This document shows, one piece after another, positions 27,958 to 39,395 of a stretch of 64,000 bases of DNA. Each line of letters opens with the position of its first letter. The stretch's first letter is position 1. Made by a program: the position numbers and the translations under genes. The notes under the pieces were generated by a model. That model saw only the letters and a list, made by a program, of their open reading frames with translations, searched no databases and was not told where the DNA came from. Origin of the DNA: Eledone cirrhosa. Lineage: Eukaryota. The stretch is from positions 117,428,001 to 117,492,000 of the forward strand of contig OZ024745.1 of assembly GCA_964016885.1 (NCBI GenBank). The letters run 5' to 3'.

Positions 27958-28433
27958 CAAAGCATATTTTCTCTTTCCTAAATATATTTAACTGTATTCT
28001 AGTTTAGTCAACTTGAAATTTAAACTTTAGAACTCCTTACATAACTTAAACAATTATATATTCAGCATGTTTATTAAATAATGATCTTCATCAACTGACA
28101 TTTAAAATGGCCAGATTGTTGCTTACTTTCCTTGTTCACATTTTTTTTAATGTCAAACAAATATTAATTTCATACATAATTCTTATTTTTTTTTTTTATA
28201 GATTCTGTCTTTAGATATGTAAAATAATGTCTGCTTATTAAAATACATAATTTTACAGCCTTGATATAAACTTAACTTCTCTTATATATTATATTCCATC
28301 TTTTCCTTATCCCTCTAATTCACTTCCTCTCCAACTTCTTTTTTCTCTTTCCCCTTTAAACACCTCATCCTTCTGGTAGTTTTTGAAGTTCGTATCTTCA
28401 ATGCCAGCTCGGTGCAGAAAGTGACCAATAAGC

Positions 28434-28506
28434 AACTCAGTAGTATAGTGGTAAGTATCCCCCACCTGTCACATGGGACTCTGGGGTTCGATTCCCTGCC
28501 GGGGAG
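28434..28506 (+). pseudogene. tRNA-Asp(GTC)-derived sequence (pseudogene or SINE head)
   Basis: tagtatagtggtaagtatcccccacctGTCacatgggactctggggttcgattccctgccggggag matches the eukaryotic tRNA-Asp(GTC) pattern; acceptor 5' strand is broken and several changes are CpG-type transitions. Confidence 0.88.
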
Positions 28507-28514
28507 GCTTTCAT

Positions 28515-28722
28515 TTGACGTGTAGGCGCCACGGAAAAAAGCACCCAGCACTCACTGTAAATGAGGTTGGTGTTAGGAAGGGCATCCAGCTGTAGAAATC
28601 AAGCCAAAATCAGTTCCTGTATGAGCAAGGCATGGTCAGCTGACCAGACACTGCCCACAACAGGACAACCCATCTAACCCATGCTAGCATGGAAGAACGG
28701 ACGTAAAACGGTCATGATGATG
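28515..28722 (+). mobile_element. Short RTE-tailed element with one 48-bp module, directly after the tRNA-Asp sequence
   Basis: ggcgccacggaaaaaagcacccagcactcactgtaaa, then taggaagggcatccagctgtagaa, then catgctagcatggaa..ggacgtaaaacg..gatgatg. Confidence 0.88.
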
Positions 28723-28899
28723 TATGGCAACCGTCTGCCAGTAGGTCAAGTTAACCATCGCTTAATGGTCACTGTCTGTTGCTATATGTGAAACCCAGAG
28801 TTGTCTGCCAGCCAAATTATCAACTGGGAGCCAACCTTTCAAAACCATGATCAAGATCAGGCATGGGCAACCTTTTTTGAGAAGCAGGCCGCATGAGAT

Positions 28900-29830
28900 A
28901 TGGCTCATCATCAGGCAGGCTGCAAGTGCTAATTTACATTCGTGTCCACATTTTAAAAAAAATGGGTGGTAACCTACATAGCAGAAACTGTAGAAGAACT
29001 GGTGCAGAAGTTCCAGACATGGAAACAAAATCTAGAATCAAAGGACCTCAAATTGAAGTTTTTGTAAGAAAGATAAGATTTTGCTACTATCAGGAAAATT
29101 GCCATGCTCAATTTACAGAAAAAGAGCAGGTAAATACTTCATATTGTGTACTCAGCATGGACAGTCGACTCACTAAAGAAGATTTAGCAGGATCACAAGT
29201 AGAGTGATAGAGCAGGTAGACTTCATATGTGACAAGTGCACACCTGGAAAATGAACACCCCCATATGCTCTGAAGGGTCACTTGAAGTTGCTATCTAGGT
29301 GACTTTGTTAGCTGTGGAGGTGGATGTAATATAATAATGTGGTTAGAGTGAGAATGAGGCGTAAGAAGTTTAGGGAACTGTTATATTTGCTGGCAACAGA
29401 GGACTTCTTTCTCAGAGTGATGCATGTCTTTAAACAGCAATGCTGCATAGCAGTAAGATGTGGGCCTTGAATGCAGAAGATCTGCAATAGTTGAAAAGAA
29501 ATGAGACATGCATGTTCTGTTGGATGTGTAATGTTAATGTGCATGAAAAAATGAATGCAACTGAACTGAGAGAAAAACTGAGTATAAGAGGAATTGAATA
29601 TAGCATGTAAAAGGGACGGTTGCATTGCTATGGTTATGTAATGTGTAAAGAAAGTGAGAATTGTATAAAAAAGTACTGAGCACTTCAAGTAGATGGAACC
29701 TACGGTAGAGGGAAATCAAGGAACACATGAGATGAAGTTGTGAAAAATGACCCCAAGAAACTGAACTTTATGAAAGAAATTACACAGGACCAAGCTGACT
29801 AGCGATATGCCATAATACAAAAGATCCACC
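28900..29830 (+). mobile_element. Decayed RTE fragment
   Basis: Remnants LVQKFQTWKQNLESKG.., RKFRELL..LA, MFCWMCNVNVHE and RLHCYGYV, homologous to the RTE C-terminal half. Confidence 0.75.
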
Positions 29831-30160
29831 TGTACAGACACTGTAACACTAAAAGTAAATGTAGAAAGACTGAGACAACATGTATGCATAATTCTCGGAG
29901 CCAGCCTTAAACTCACACACATAGTTTAATCAGTTGCTCATTTTATAAAATGCTATATTAAGATCCGTCCTCTCATTCTTTACACTGCCTTCCCCCATTT
30001 CAAAACACACTCAGCTTCATACACAAATGATAAAATATTTAGGTATTTGTTTTTTGTTTTTAGTAGTGACCATACTCTCTTTAGCTCCCCAAACTGGTGA
30101 AATCAATCTAGATATGTAGTTAATTATCAGTAAGATCAACTTATTTCAAAAATTGAAGTA

Positions 30161-31401
30161 CCATATATACTCGCGTATATGTCGCACTTTTTTAACGATA
30201 AATAAGTATAAATTTTTGGGGTGTGACCTATCCGATCGACATCAGACTGACCAATGATTTTTCATAGACTTAATCAACGATGGGTATTTATAAAAATAAC
30301 TTTGTTAATATTTTTTATTATTTAACATAATAATTTCATATATCTACCTTCTTATACATATATTTCTTGATTTTAAATTTTTTACTAAAACTTTGTAGTG
30401 TTTACGTTTTTTTCTATCTGACCGAACCATCCATTATTAAAATCCATAGAAATGCATACCCGGTATTTAAAATGTGATTTCATTGTCTTAGCGTTGCTAT
30501 GAACACGTATTGTGACGTATTTACTTTAACAGGAAACAGATTATTGCACGTGGCGTTTCTTTTCAAAATTAGCAAGTGAGAAATAATCAGTACAAAAATT
30601 AGCAAGTGAGATATAATCAGTACAAGGTTTTAGTCTTTCTCTACATTCCAGGCAAATATTTTCATTGAAAATAATGTATAAAACCTTTTCACCAGTCAAA
30701 ATAATATTTGCAATGTACTCTTACACAATGTACGGTGTAAATTTACGTAACAGAGTGTTCCCAATATATAAGTTCATTAACAGGTGTGAACATGTATTGG
30801 TGTTGTATCTTTCAACCACGTTGTTGTAATATTTTCAATGGTGTCCGTCAGATCTTCGCTTTCACTTTCAAAGTAACTATCATCGTCAGAAATAAATACG
30901 TCTGATTCATTTGAAGATAAATCACTAATATTATCTTGTGTTTCTGGCCTTGTGCCAAAAGTAGAAACAATTATCTTGTGTTTCTTTTTCATTTCGAATG
31001 TCGTCACATGTAAAACCTTCAAAGTCGCTATTCGCTACTTTGGGAAGCCATGTTGATACGCTAAAAATATGTTCTACTTTCAACGTTAAAAAACACGTGT
31101 TATTTCAAGTTGTTTCACTATAATAAGAGTTAATTTTTGCGCTTAAAGGCTTTATCTCGCAGTAATCTCGAATTGACGAGATTTCAATGATGTTAATGTT
31201 TATTTTATAAATAAAACATGGTTTGGAGTATATATCGCAATGGCGAAGTAATGGAAAACTAACAAATTATTAGTTTCAATTATCATAAAAAATAGTAGTT
31301 TGACGGCCCAAATTTCAGTGCGACCTATCTGCGAGTCAATGGTAAATAGCCTATTTGTTAAATGAAAATTGAGTATGCGACCTATACGCGAGTATATACG
31401 G
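30161..31401. mobile_element. Non-autonomous Tc1/mariner element (Tc2/pogo-type TIRs)
   Basis: TA|ccatatatactcgcgtata..gtcgca ... tgcgacctatacgcgagtatatacgg|TA; subterminal gacctat repeats; empty-site paralog near 35265-35300. Confidence 0.9.
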
Positions 31402-31532
31402 TATATACTTTTTTAATAATTACTCAATGAACAAAATGTAATGTAATAAAGAGACTAAAAGCATTTTAAACCTAGTACTCTTATTTTTCAGAGATTACAC
31501 ACACACACACTCTTTCTCTCTCTTTCTCTTAT

Positions 31533-31810
31533 CACGCTCAGAGTTGCTGAAGCATGGAACAAACTTTAGTGCATCAGTTGTTAGCTGCTGAGACACTGCG
31601 TCCTTTAAAACTTCCATGCTTCCTGAGATTCGCCAACACTACACCTAATATTCCCCCTCCATACACGCACACATGTATATCATAAATCATACACTATTCA
31701 CTTCCTTGACATTTGAATATTATTCTATGTACTATACATGCACCTTTGATGAGTTGTAGTGCACCTAAGTACTGTACACAATAATTTCATTATTATCATT
31801 TATATTATTA
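31533..31810 (+). mobile_element. CR1 3'-end fragment
   Basis: Reverse-complement match to 54950-55220 (TLRVAEAWNKL, 3' UTR, (tta)n tail). Confidence 0.9.
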
Positions 31811-31839
31811 TATATATATATATATATATATATAAAGAT

Positions 31840-33655
31840 AAAGACAAATTCACCTCATGCTGCCGGACGAGAATACAAGGACTCCTCCTCTTTATTTCGG
31901 CTGCGGATGGCTAACATAACCCCCCCCCCCCCTGCGCCCCACCGTTCCCACCCTCCAAACGCAATCCAAAACTTCAGAGTTGGTACCATGAATGTAGGCA
32001 CCTTAAAAGGTCGCTTTAACGAGGTTGTAGAAATGCTTGAACGTAAGGAGGTCGATGTTTGCTGTATTCAAGAGACCAGGTGGAATCTGCTAGATTTATT
32101 GTGGGTAAAAAACGATGCTATAAGCTTTTCTGGGTTGGAAATGACAATGGGCTGGGTGGAGTAGGAATCATGGTAGCAGAAAAGTGGACAGATAAGATAA
32201 TAGACGTAAATAGAGTGAACGACAGAATAATTAAAATAAGACTTGTCCTCAATAGAACTACTGTGACAATAATATCTGCATATGCACCCCAATCCGGACT
32301 GCCTGGCGTTATAAAAGACAGATTCTATGAGTCGTTAATGCTCACTACCTCCCAAATAACCGACAGTGACTACATAATTATCGCTGGTGACCTAAATGGT
32401 CATGTTGGACAACATTGTGACGGCTATGACGGAATCCATGGAGGCTATGGGTTTGGTACTAGAAATGAGGAAGGTTCCAGAATCCTGGAATTCTGTGATG
32501 CAAATAACCTAACTATCTGTAACACTAACTTCAAAAAACGAGACAATCACTTGATCACCTATAGATCAGGGGAACACACCAGCCAGATAAATTATATCCT
32601 TACCAGAAGATGTGACAGAGTGTCTGTTGTAAACACTAAATCCCTCCCCCATGAAGATTGCACCTCTCAACATAGACTCATAATTAGCGACCTCATAGTC
32701 ATAGACGTACTCGACAACAGAGGAGGACTATCCTCAGGAGAAAAATATGGAAGTTAAAGGACCCCACAGCCAGTAATAAATTTAAAAGCATATTACTTGA
32801 TGCTTTTGATAGTAAGGAAGAGCAATTAGAGTCGTACAATAGGAATTCCCGAAAGCTAACCTGCTGAAGGCGACAGATGAAATCTGTGGCTGGAGCAGAC
32901 CTATAGGCAGGAGGAGAGTAACTTGGTGGTGGAACAGTAAGGTGGAGGAGTCAATCAAGGCCAAAAAGCGGGCTTGGAAAGTATGGCGGGATGGGGGAAG
33001 TAGAGAAGACTATCAAGTGGCCAGGAGGGAAGCTAGGAGACAAGTGTACTTCGCAAGAAGGGAAGCAGAGGAAAGAAAGTTCAAGCATGTTCTACAATGC
33101 GAGGACCAAAAACGTGAGGTGTTCAGGATTGCTAGGCAATGTGTCAAGGAAAACCGTGATATTGTCGGGGAGAAGTGTGTCCTTAATGATGGTGGTGTAT
33201 TTGCCATCACTGACGCTGATAAGAAGGTAGCTTGGAAGTGTCACTACGAAAGGCTACTAAATGAGGAGAATAAATGGGAGAAAGACAGTCTCCTCAACAT
33301 CGATCCAATAGAGGGACCAGCGGTGCAAGTTGAAGGTATTATAATAAGTAAGGCGATCAAAGATATGAAGACAGGCAAGGCGGCTGAGCCTTCGGAAATA
33401 GTTGCTGAAATGCTGAAAGCATCTGGAACGGTGGGACACACTATGGTCACCCGGATAGTAAACCAAGTCATACAGAATAGGGTCGTTCCGAAGGACTGGC
33501 ATAGCAGTATCATCATTAACTGCTACAAGGGTAAAGGAGATGCCCTAGATAGGGGAAACTATAGAGGCATTAAATTAATTGACCAGGTCATGAAGGTCAC
33601 AGAAAAAGCAATAGCGCAACTAATCAGAGAGCGAATTGATCTAGATGAAATGCAG
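31840..33655 (+). mobile_element. RTE LINE 5' half (APE endonuclease to start of RT)
   Basis: FRVGTMNVGTL..DVCCIQETRW; ISAYAPQ, AGDLNGHVG, QINYIL, SQHRL; KGKGDALDRGNYRGIKL; ends abruptly at IDLDEMQ. Confidence 0.95.
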
Positions 33656-33968
33656 CCTTTTACAGGATCTTCTGAAACTCAGAATATCTGTAAAAGGGCA
33701 AAAGCAGCAATTCTTTGCTTAAATTTTCAGGGAAAAGCGGACGTAAAATGATGATGATGATGATGATATCATTTATTTTGTTTGACCTGTTTAGCTTGAT
33801 TTGTTTTTTGGCTTAGGTGGTTAATGCCTTCTTAACCACTTTTTCAGTTTGTATGGCGTTTTAACATATTGTTTAGCTTGGTTTTTTAACTATTGAGCGC
33901 TTGCCAGCATTTCTACGATTTTGCGTTTTGTTTCGCTTTTTCTACCAGCCGAAATACGTTTCTCGCTG

Positions 33969-34009
<41 letters not shown>

Positions 34010-34136
34010 AGAAAAGAAAATCTTTATTGAAACAACTCATGCTTCTTATCATAAGAATATGTAATAGGTTAATGTAAGAATGATATTGACTGATTTAAAA
34101 TATTAATATTATCATTTTTTTTCTATTTTTCTTCAG

Positions 34137-34360
34137 AATAATCTTGCCAGAAAACGGGAACAAATGAAACATATGAAAATGCCAGAACTCACAGAGTTAG
34201 CAGAAAATGCTTCTGAATGTAATGATGCCTCAAAAGCATTTAGTTTGACTGGTACATTTTTGCAACCTCCTGCTCCCTCAGACAGTATGGTTTTACCAAG
34301 TTTCTCAGATGCATTCTTAATGGAACTCGGTGTATTTGTAGATCAGTATGCCAATTTTGG
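34137..34360 (+). CDS. Probable internal exon of an unidentified host gene (224 bp)
   Basis: Long polypyrimidine tract ending ttttcttcag, open frame NNLARKREQMKHMKMPELTELAENASECNDASKAFSLTGTFLQPPAPSDSMVLPSFSDAFLMELGVFVDQYANF, then a GG|gttagt donor; no repeat similarity seen. Product not recognised. Confidence 0.7.
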
Positions 34361-34469
34361 GTTAGTAATATTTTATTTATTTATCTTTTTAAAATCTAAA
34401 TTAATTTAAATTATCTTTAAGTATTGCTCCTTTTGCATTGATCTATATTGTTTTTACCAAATATTTAGT

Positions 34470-35230
34470 CATCTTCTTCATTGCCCACTATTGGTGTTGG
34501 AGGCAGGGACCTAAAACTCTCCCTCCAGCAGGTCCTGTGAGAAGCAACCGTTTCCAACTGGTCCAGGTGGATCCCCAAGTGAGATAGCCAAGCTCATGGA
34601 TGTTATCCAACCATCTTGCTCGGGGTCTATCTCAGGGTCTCCTGCAGGTTGGTTTTGCCTCTAAAATCTGTCCAGAAATTCTTTCCCAAGACATTCTAAT
34701 TACATGCCCATAGTATTGGCGCTGTGATCTCTCAATTTAGAGAAGTAACGGCTCTACCTGGAGTGACTCTCTGATATCCGAGCTATGCACTCTATTAAGT
34801 AACATTACTCCAAAGACCCTTCAGAGAAACCCCATTTCGGCCGCTTGTATTTGCGATAGTATTCTTTCGGTCATTACCCAAGATTCATGACCCTAGGAAG
34901 GGTTGGCACAAATACCGAATTGAAAATAGCGAGTTTGGCTTTTACGCCTACCCCCTTCTTCTGATTAGTGAATGCTGAAGCTGGCACATTACTGCACCAG
35001 CTCCTGAAATTGTCGCACTTAATTCAGCCTCCTGTTCCATCACCCGTGAACACGGCTCTGAGATACTTAAACTTCTCTACCTGCTTCAGTGGAATTCCAT
35101 TTACATCTAGAGTGCATTGCGCAGGCTTCTTTGAGAGGACTAGTGTCTCAGTTTTCACAGCACTGATTTTCTTTTCAGCCATGCAGCACTCGGCATCAAA
35201 TCTATCGAGTGCAAGTCAGAGATCACCATA
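34470..35230 (-). mobile_element. Expander/Rex3-type RTE 3' fragment
   Basis: QVEKFKYLR, GHESWVMTERILSQIQAAEMGF; (GAA)-type tail near 34470; homologous to 22270-22795. Confidence 0.88.
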
Positions 35231-35395
35231 TTTGATTTGATATAAAATTATCCTCACTTACAATTTAAAAATTAAAGTATATACTTTTTGAAAAATTACT
35301 CAATGAACAAAATGTAGTGCGTAGATAAAAAGAGTAGATAAAAGAGACTAAAAACATTTTAAACCTACTACTCTTATTTTTCATAGATTACACAT

Positions 35396-35451
<56 letters not shown>

Positions 35452-35458
<7 letters not shown>

Positions 35459-35890
35459 TAACAGATTAAAGTTTAAGCAAAGAATCGCTGCTTTCACCCT
35501 TAACAGGATCTTCTGAAATTTAAAAAAATCAATCTGTGAACGCAGAAGTAAATATTTTGAAAAACATTACACACTATATATATACACACACTATATATAC
35601 ATATATACACACACACACAGCTACGTCATAATGTCGTAATGCAGACAGATATAAGGGCGCAACATTATATCTATGTATCTATCTAAAAAGAGAAAGACTA
35701 AGAGTTATAGAGAGAGATCGCTAAATCGCCTAATGCGGTCCATAGGGCATTGAAAATTTGAAATATATTTTGCTCAAAACACTCACAGGACCACAAGTAT
35801 TACATGTGTAAAGTTTGAAAACAGTCGGTTGGGTGGTTCTCGAGTTTTAGTGATCGGACAGACAGACATTCTCTGTTTTAGATATATAGA
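35452..35890 (-). mobile_element. Helitron-type element
   Basis: 35795-35890 is the reverse complement of the 5' end of the 26146 Helitron; its other end (tttaagcaaagaatcgctgctttcacc) recurs at 39630, 50320 and 59400. Confidence 0.7.
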
Positions 35891-35895
35891 TATAT

Positions 35896-36670
35896 ATCAT
35901 CATCATCATCACCATTTAATGTCAATTTTTCCATGCTGGCATGGGTTAGATGAGTTATCTTGTTGTGAGTGATGCTAGGTCAGGTGACCATGTCATGCTC
36001 ATACAGAATCGATTTTGCCTTGATTTCTATAGCTGGATGCCCTTCCTAGCACCAACCTCATTTACAGTGAGTACTGGTTGCTTTTTGTCATGACGCCCAC
36101 ACAAGCACTTTACAGTGTGAACTGGGTGCTTTTTGTCATGGCACCTACACGACCACTATACAGTGTAGACTGGGTGCTTTTTGTCATGACACCTACACGA
36201 CCACTATACAGTGTAGACTGGGTGCTTTTTGTCATGACACCTACACGACCACTATACAGTGTAGACTGGGTGCTTTTTGTCATGACATCTACACGACCAC
36301 TATACAGTGTAGACTGGGTGCTTTTTGTCATGACATCTACACGACCACTATACAGTGTAGACTGGGTGCTTTTTGTCATGACACCTACACGATCACTATA
36401 CAGTGTAGACTGGATGCTTTTTGTCATGATGCCTACACAACCACTATACAGTGTAGACTGGGTGCTTTTTGCTGTGGCACTTACATGACCACTTTACAGT
36501 GTGGACTGGGTGATTTTTGCTGTGACACCTACACAACTACCTTACAGTGTGGACTGGGTGCTTTTTGCTGTGGCACTTACACGACCACTTTACAGTGTGG
36601 ACTGGGTGATTTTTGCTGTGACACCTACACAACTACCTTACAGTGTGGACTCTGTGCTTTTTGTCATGTC
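35896..36670 (-). mobile_element. Short RTE-tailed element carrying a 48-bp VNTR
   Basis: (CAT)n tail and ctggatgcccttcctag body on the + strand, then the array. Confidence 0.9.
36060..36668. repeat. 48-bp minisatellite, about 13 units
   Basis: cagtg recurs every 48 bp from 36065 to 36641; unit actgggtgctttttgtcatgacacctacacgaccactatacagtgtag. Confidence 0.97.
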
Positions 36671-38187
36671 GCCATATATATATCATCATTTAATATCCGC
36701 TTTCCCTGCTAGCAAGTTTTGGACGTGCCTACATAGACCAAGTTAGTACTGAAGCAGGGCCACTGACCTCCCAGACAGGCCAAGAAAGTCTGTATCCCAC
36801 TTATATACAGTCATTATTGAGTGCAGAGAAGTCGTGTCTTTCGACACAAACTGAAGGGTTTTCCTAACTCCTTGTTTTTATATGCACATATATATACTGT
36901 TCATATCTGTTTAACATTTAAACATGTCTTTATTATTCAATAAATGGTTAACAACAATTGATTTCATTTAAAAAATCAATAAATATTTTATAGGAAATTA
37001 TTCATTTCATTTCAAATTAACCAAGAAAAGCAAAACTTTGAACAAGATAGTTAGCATGAAAAGTACTAATTACAAAAGGGAAATTGAATCTAAAATGGCT
37101 GGTTGAATATAATTATGTTGTACAGGATAATATTTCAGTAACTGTATAATATTACAAAGTGAATTGTTGTTTATTTAAACAAAAGGAAGTTTCAGAGATG
37201 AATCCAATATGTTGAATGTTTGTACAAGAATGTATTATGTCATTGATCTGGTTTTGATTTTTACTCTAAGGAGGAGGGGTAGTGTTCATGACCTTTGCAG
37301 AGTCTCTTAGCATGGTGAGGCTGGTGTAAGGTCAGCTTGAACTTCTTTACACTCTATTGCAATTAATTAATGAAGAATTTTGAGGAATTTACTAAAACTA
37401 TGAATTATTTCATTACTAAGATAGTAACTTAATGTAAGGTTCTTATATAGAATTATGTTGGAAGGTTTTAATTTAAATAGGAAACCTTTAAAATGGAGTG
37501 TTTTATTTCATAGAACCTGAGCCGGTTTTGGCCGGGTTGGTAACTAAAGGGTTAATGAAGTAAATTGTCAACAAAAGCCTTTTCACTATGAGATATTTAA
37601 AGATACTTTCACAAAAAAAGTGCTAACTTACATATGTGTGTGTGTGTGTGTGTGTGCCATCATCATCACTGGATTCATAATTTATTCTGGAGCTGAATTT
37701 ATAGCACATAAATTTACTAATGTTACACTGTAATATATTTATTGAGCTTGAATGTCAACAGAAACTGTTTAATATGAAAATAGCAGCTAACTACTGTATT
37801 ATAGTGTGAATTGTTTACATTAAATTGGAATTTTATAATTAGATATATCTATAAATGAACAAAAGTTATACAATGATGAAAATATTAAAAAGGGATAAAA
37901 ACAAAATCAAGTAATGTAAAAAATGTGGAAGGGGTAAAGAAGGGCAGATCTGACTCTAAAGGAAAGGACTATAAATGTCATAAATGAGAAGAAAAGGAGA
38001 GAAAGAGCAAGGACTATTAGACAACAGAAGAAAGAAAGTGGGGAGAGTGATAGTTGTAGAAACTAAGCCAAAGTCAGTTCTGTATGAGTAAGATATGGTC
38101 ACCTGACCTGGTGTTTCTCACAATAGGACAACTTGTTTAACTCATGATAGCGTGGATAAATGGACATTAAATGGTGATGATGATGAT

Positions 38188-39395
38188 ATCTTCCGAGGTC
38201 TTCCTACACCGTAGCTTCCATCAACTTTGAGCGCCCTGCACCTTTTTATACAGCTGCCATCCTTCATACACATCACATGTCCATACCAATTCAATCTCCT
38301 CTCTTGCACACTGCATCTGATCCCTCTTATGCATAGTTTCTCTCTCAGTTCATTTATATTACTATTACACATCCATCAAAGCATGCAAGCTTCATATCTT
38401 TACAATCTTTGCAACTCCTCTGCACACAGCGCCCAGGCCTTGCTACCATGTATTATTGCTGCTTGTATGCACGCATTATGCAATCTGCCCTTCATTTTCA
38501 GGAGAAAATCTTTTGTAGCTAGCAGCAGTAGTAGCTCCCTGAACTTTTTCCATCCTGTTCTTACTCAGGCTACTGAACACTCACCTCCACTATTGATTTG
38601 GTCACCCAGGTAGCAGAAGCTGCCTACTGCTTCTACGGAACCTTCCAAGAATTTGTTAGAGCTTGTTTCCTGTATGCGTTTGCTGCTTACTGCTCCTGTG
38701 CAACCGCCACATGTAAAACCTACATTCTTAGCTAACCTACCAGAGATCCCACTACATCTCTTGTGTATCCATGGTTTGCATTTGAGACAGCAAATGGAAT
38801 TTCTACCTATGCCTTTGCTGAATATTGAGCAAGGCTATTTCCCTGAAGGATCAGAGCCCTGTTTTCCCTTCTACTTACTAGGGCTTTAGTCTTTGTCAGG
38901 TTGACTTTAAGACCCTTTGATTCTAGGCCATACTTCCAAATTTGGAATTTCTTCTCTAATTCTGCCATAGATTCAGCTATAAATGTTAGATCATCTGCTT
39001 ACAGGAGTTCCCATGGGCAGCCAATCTTAAACTCCTCTGTTATAGCCTGCAGGAATATAATAAACAGGAGAGGGCTAAGAACAGAGCCATGGTAGATACC
39101 GACTTGCATGCTAAATTCTTCACTATAGTCATTGTTAATCCTAACTTTTCTGGCTGCTCCTCTATACATTACCTGTACAGCCTTCACAAGCCACTCATCT
39201 ACTCCCAGTTTTCTAAGAGCCCACATGATTATGACATGGGGGACTCTGTCAAAAGCTTTCTCCAGGTCAACAAATTCTAGGTAGATGATTTTTACATTAG
39301 CTAAATACTTCTCCTGTAGTTGCTTCACAAGGAAGAGTGCATCAGTAGTACCTTTACCTGGCACAAATCCGAACTGCATCTCATCTAGGTTAACA
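38188..39395 (-). mobile_element. RTE LINE fragment (RT and C-terminus)
   Basis: MQFGFVPGKGTTDALF..DLEKAFDRVP..GCPWELL; RRLNWYGHV..GRPRK. Confidence 0.92.

Noticed and set aside
28434-28506. Functional tRNA-Asp gene
   Set aside because: The acceptor, anticodon and T stems carry mismatches, and there is no oligo-T terminator directly downstream.
36060-36668. CRISPR-like appearance of the 48-bp array (also 61315-61930 and 3975-4255)
   Set aside because: Whole units repeat with no unique spacers, no cas genes are present, and the arrays sit inside a eukaryotic retroposon.
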